Positions 58,640 through 64,000 of a DNA stretch of 64,000 nucleotides are shown here, piece by piece. The stretch spans positions 70,184,001 to 70,248,000 of the forward strand of contig CM060731.1 in NCBI GenBank assembly GCA_030704615.1. The letters are read 5' to 3'. The DNA comes from Takakia lepidozioides. Lineage: Eukaryota > Plantae > Bryophyta. The notes under the pieces are model-generated. The model made no database searches and was not told the DNA's origin. It was given only the letters and a program-made list of their open reading frames with translations. A program made the position numbers and the translations under genes. Within the stretch, counting starts at the first letter, position 1; each line of letters begins with the position of its first letter.

Positions 58640-61600
58640 GCCCCCTCTTAGTAGTAAGGAGTCATAACTTTGGGTGGACAAAAAGGGGGGGAATGAGAGG
58701 GCAAGGCGCTCCGCGTTTTGCGGTGAGAGGCGAGCCTGGGACTTAGTTTTTTCTGCCCTCTCCAGGCTCGCGTCGACCTCGCCCTTTCCCCCAACAGCCC
58801 TCTCTCCCTCTCCCGCTGTATTTCTTCCTCACACAGCATCTCCTCTCCGGCCGGAGTGCTGCCTATCTCCTTTCCCAGCCGGTGTGCTGAAAAATCTTGG
58901 AGGCTAGATTTGAGCAATCTCCGGCCTCTCTAACCCTATCTCCCCTAACCTAAGTCTTAATCATGCCATTGTGCTTTCTAAGTAATCATCAAGCGGCCTA
59001 ACCACGCTTTGCTGGCCCTCTGCATGCATATCCTAATTAAATTTGCATGCTTGATCCCCGTGCCTCCCCGCTCCAACTCTTGGCGGCTCATTATGTTGTG
59101 TCGCCCTCCGGGACTGCAGTCTTGCCACCTTTTCTCAACGCCCACACTCCCTTCTAATCGCCCTGCCGCTGCTGAGAAGATCTCCCGTGTGCATGCCTAG
59201 ACCTCCTTTTGGCGCCCTCTCAGCCCCACCACCTCGCTTTCACTCCACCGTCTTCGATCTGGCATGCTGAACCTTCCCCCCAACTAGACTCCCTTTGCTG
59301 TCTTCCCCCCCCCTCGGCCTCTGTCAGAGTTCCCCTTGATAGCAGTCTCACCTGGTCTTCTCTCGAAGCTCTTCTTGTGTACCAACGCCCTTACTGCGCC
59401 GCTATACCCTTCACTACACATTGATTGTGGACCTCTTGGTGCATCATCGCTCCAAGCCCCTCTGGCCGACTTGGGACCTTGCTTTGCTGACAGTTTTGAG
59501 ATTGGCCTCCGCTGTGGGCTGCCCCTAGCTCCTTATATTAAGGTGCCATCGCTCCATCGCTTTCCGCTCCTCTCTCCTCTCCTTCGTCGCTCCCTGTAGT
59601 CCCTGTTGCTGCTGCTTGTATGTTTTAATTTCCCAAGTGAAGTGCTTTATCTGTACGCCTCTTTTTTGTTATTTCCTCATGTCTTCCAGCGGTTCCCCCC
59701 GCAAGAAAAGGTCAGGCTCCGGTTTGAGCTCCCGTGGGAGAGGCTCCTGGATGCCTCGATCATCTTCTTCTGCCCAGACCCCTTCTATTCTAGGAAAAGG
59801 CCCTGATGCCCTTGGACCTTCACCCCTCAGGAGATAGCCCCTTGGGTAGAATCAGTTGCCCCTGACTCTGACTCACATGAAGTTATCTCCCTGGACCTTG
59901 AATGCCTGAGAGATCATTCCACAAAGATGATGCAGCACGGACTTTTGGTGTATTTCCCAGGTAGGCCCAAGGATACGGATTCGGCTCGTAAGTGGATTGT
60001 CGAGCATCTGGGGTCCGAAGGTGGTCTGACGCACCACTACTGTCACCCAATGGGAAGGGGCTTTTACTTTGTCAAATTTGGCACTAAGGAGGATGCAGAT
60101 CGTGCGCTTGCGTTCAACACGCGCAAATCGAGATTCAAGGTGAACATCTTCCCCTGGTCGCTGGCATGGGGCCACAAGGATGGAGCTACATGCAAGCCCT
60201 GGATAATCGCCCTGCTGTTTCTTCCGGATAACTACCTGGCTTCTCTACCGGAGATCGGAGCTCACTTTAGCTCATACATTGGCAGCTTGAATGTATTCGA
60301 CCCCATTGACGATGCAGTGCTAAGCGTTGATTAGGATCCCTCCCTGTTCGACTCCAGCAAGGATTCGGGGTCCCCAAAGATCGTGGTAATGATGCCGGAA
60401 AGTAAGAAAATTGGGAATGCAATCAAACTTCCTACTCTAGACGGCTCTTTCATTTTAGTACAGATCAAAGAGGAGCAGCTAAGCATCACATGCTTTGGAT
60501 GCAATGGGGAAGGGCACGTCGTTGCAGACTGCCCGCGCAAGGCAATCTCCGACCAAAGGACTGTGAGCGGTCTACCTCCGCTTCTTCATGCCAAAACGCA
60601 AAGTGCACCGGAACCCATGTCATCGCCCTCATGCTCACGAGATGCTAGTGCAGTTGCAGCATCTCTCCCAATGCTCTCGGAAGGACGCCTTGCAAAACGA
60701 AAACGGACGGGCTCGCCCTCGGTCTCATCCCCACCCCCTCGTCCACGCATCATTCTGCTGGCTCCGGCTCAGGGAAGCCCTCCCCCTCATCATCCCCCTG
60801 CAACTTTTGACTTTTGCCCCTACTCTTGCTCTCTTGAGGACCCGTACATCAATTTAGCCACAAGATGCCTAGAGCTCAGATCTTTTGATAATCTAAAGCT
60901 CTGCGAATGGTCTCCCGAGAATGCAGTAAGAAGGAACTCTGCGGTCATCAAGGTCACTCCTATCATTTACGCTCTTCTGGATGGCCCCAATCAGCCCCCA
61001 TCCATATGCTGACCAATGGCTCTGAAGGACTGGCAGGATCTTGGGTGACCACCCACCACGCCAATTATTACAAAGACAACAAGGCTATTGAGCTTTCTCT
61101 CAAATTGGTGGGAAATATTTTCGCCGAGGAGCCTTTCCAATTCCAACTGTCAAACGAGACTACTGTGCACTTTGGTGCCTTATGGGAGAACACAGATGAG
61201 TTTGACTCTGCCTCCACGGTGCACACTATGCTAGCTTTCCGATGGGAGGACATTGTCGCTGACAGACCTAAGTGCAAGCTCTACTCCTGGGCTACGCTTC
61301 AGTCTCTAGAAGAAGGACCCGGGGGATCCCGCCCCAACAGCAAGGACGATCCCTCTGGGGTCTTCCCGTCAGCAGGAGGTTTTGCCAGAAGCGTTAAGGT
61401 CGTGCAAGCAGGCTTCACCCTTGTCAACGCCATCTTCGGCTCTGGGGCGTTGCCTGCACCATCACCAGCTGCATGCAAGTCTATGGAAGTTGGCTTTCAG
61501 CCATACACTAGCGCAGGAAAGAAGGCTCCTCTCAGATCCCCCTCTGCTCCCTTGCGTGACAACCTTCGCGGGTCTGCCTTCTCTGGTAAGCCTCGCTTAC

Positions 61601-64000
61601 TGTGCAAGCTTCCCCATCGCTCCATCCCTCTGCCTGCCTATACCTTGTAGGTGGCATGTTTCAAGTTGGTGGAACCCTCTGGGCAAACCCCCTCCAGCCC
61701 CCTCCTTTAAACCTGCTTTGACTATGCCACGTGGTTTTCTTCCTTGCCTACAGAAAGTTAATCTACATCCTTCTCAGATCTGTCTATTTTTTAGGCTTAG
61801 TCGCAGATTATTGTGTCTCTTGCATGCTTGGTTGCGTAACGCTAAAGTCCACCAGACCAGCGTAACTCCCTCCCAAATTTCTACCCTCTCTACCGCTCCT
61901 CCCCCCAATGGAATAAGTTGGACCCTCTCCTCCTCTCCCAGAGATAAGGGACTTATCACTCTCCACTCTTCTCCTGGGCCATCATTTCGAGAGGTTCTCT
62001 CGGGCCTTTGCACCCACTTTGATGTCCTTTAACATTAGGTCTTGGAATATTAGGGGCATATTAGGATCAGATGCTATTGCCCCTAAGAGATCTAGACTTA
62101 AAAGATGGGCTGGCTCCTTGTTATCGGATAACTCTATCATCTTCTTACAGGAGCACAAACTAAATGACTCCAAAAATTGCATCCCTTGGACAACTGCTCT
62201 GGCCTGCTAACGTGGCTGGTGGAACAGAACTGTAATGGATTCCAGAGGGGGCACAACAGTTTTGGTCTCTCCTACCCTTGCCAGTCAGGTCTCGGAAGTG
62301 TGCACTTGGATGGTCGGCAGGGCACAATTCAGCATCCTTTCTTTGCCTACCCTTGGGTGCAAAATTGGCTTTATTAATGTTTATGCTCCTAACTCTGTTG
62401 CTGAAAGAATCTCCTTCTGGCAGTTTTTGCATTCAAAGATTCTTCAGCGATCTGATGTTGATCAATGGATTTTAGCAGGAGATTTCAATATGACGGATAG
62501 AACGCAGGATAGGCTAGATCCTGGCTCTTTCTCCCTCACCCCGGATGTGCTTAACGCCTGGGAAATTCTATGTCTTTCTGTTGGTTTCATTGATATCTCC
62601 ATTCCTGAGAATATGAACCTGCGCTTCTCTTGGTCTAACTGCAGAACCCCCCCGGATCTAGTCATGGCTAGGCTAGACTGCATCTACTGCACCAGTGGCA
62701 TAATTCCGTGGGCACAGCCGTGCCCGTTGGGCCTTGTACTGCCAGATTATGACCATGCTGAGATCACATCATGTTTTGTCATCCCAGGCTCAAGGTCTAA
62801 GGGGCGCATGTGTCTTAAGCTAAACCCCGCTCTCCTTAAATCTTAGGCTATGGTTAATGCTCTAGTGCAGGAGTGGTCTTCCTCTGGTAATGATTATGAG
62901 TCCCCAACTCTTAGATTCCTTTCTAAGCTAGAAGCTATCCAGGCTCAGTCTCAAGAGCTATCTCGGGCCTATGCCCTTGCTAGAACCCAAGCACAATAAT
63001 GAAGGTCCTTGCACAATGTTGAACTACGACAGAGCAAAGACCAACCTCTGGAGCTTTAGGCAGGAAAAAGAGAAGGCCTTGAAGCTCAAAGCGGGGATTA
63101 ACTGGTTCCTTAAAGGGGAAAAGATGTCCAAGTATTTTTTCATTAAGGCCAAGCAGAGAAGAATGGCCTCGGCAATTGCCACTCTTAAAAATCCATAAGG
63201 GATTTCTTGCTCTTCTCCAAAAGAAATGGCTACCATTGCTGAAAAGCATTATGCCGCTCTCTTCTCCAAGAGACTCCCCTCTGCCGCAATCTCATGCATG
63301 TCCCGGCTCTCCTCTCTGCAAAAGAAAAAGATGACCTAGATGCCCCCCTCAAGGACACGGAATTAGCAGAGGCCCTGCAATCTCTCAAGGCAGACAAAAT
63401 GCCAGGATTGGACGGTATGCCAGTAGAACTATTCAAAGCCTTATGGTCTGTGATAGTGGATGATTTCGTGGCATTAACTAAGGACATCCTCTCCAAGGGA
63501 ATCATGCCCTCTCAGCTCTCTGAAGGTCTCATTACGCTAATCTTTAAGAAAGGAGACAGGAGCCTGATATCCAATTACTGCCCTATCACGCTTCTTAATA
63601 CCACCTACAAAATTATTGCCAAAGCATTGGCATCGAGACTTCAGCCTATGCTATCCCGGGTCATCAGACCGGAACAAACAGGTTTTCTTAAAGGTAGAAT
63701 GATTCTCGACAACCTGCTTCTTATAAATGAGGTTATGCATGAAGCCAAGAGGTCTGAGCAGCCCCTGGCTATCCTCATGCTGGACTTTGAGAAAGCGTTT
63801 GATAATATTGATTGGACCTTCCTACATAGAGTCATGGAAAAGATGGGCCTGCCAACCTCCTTTTCTAGATGGGTGAAGTTGCTCCTTACATCTGCCTCTA
63901 GCAAAGTGACGATTAATGGCACCATATCTAAATCCTTCCCTCTTCACAGATCCTTCAGGCAGGGTTGCCCATTGGCCCCATACCTCTTTTTGATAGCAGC
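58640..64000 (+). mobile_element. L1/Tx1-type LINE (5'UTR, ORF1, ORF2), degenerate, truncated by the window end
   Basis: ORF1 ~59680-61650 has GRGFYFVKF (DUF4283-like) and a CFGCNGEGHVVADC knuckle. ORF2 from 62022 has SWNIRG, FLQEHK, NVYAPN, AGDFN and RLD (endonuclease), then PGLDG, PITLLNTTYKI, LDFEKAFD and RQGCPLAP (RT). Confidence 0.92.

Overview
This is eukaryotic nuclear DNA from a land plant, probably a non-seed lineage with abundant organellar RNA editing (inference). It has GT-AG introns, PLS-class PPR genes and dense transposon debris. 0-16 kb: two head-to-head PLS-PPR genes, a PATRONUS/securin-like gene and an orphan NFU1 exon. The main observation is that both PPR genes carry N-terminal copies of the 'PDF' motif (W..F.NP..WWDNR..K.....PDFKHK.....LW......P.WV). 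This motif is otherwise known as the single-stranded nucleic-acid-binding module of organellar OSB proteins. The minus-strand gene (2847-7130) is an intact, intronless fusion: transit peptide - 3xPDF - PLS tract - E1/E2 - DYW deaminase. The plus-strand paralog has its PDF motifs split by introns and a decayed DYW domain. 18-45 kb: a LINE 3' end, then a rearranged ~17 kb hAT-associated block. That block holds a defective BED-hAT transposase, arrays of a 28-bp palindrome, ~120-bp satellites, decayed kinase-like and RING-H2 cargo genes and inverted duplications. Harbinger, CACTA and pogo-like remnants follow. 46-64 kb: an intact ANTH clathrin-assembly gene, an ABCB transporter pseudogene with an intronic LINE, and an L1-type LINE running off the window end. 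All family assignments come from motif recognition by eye; no searches were run.
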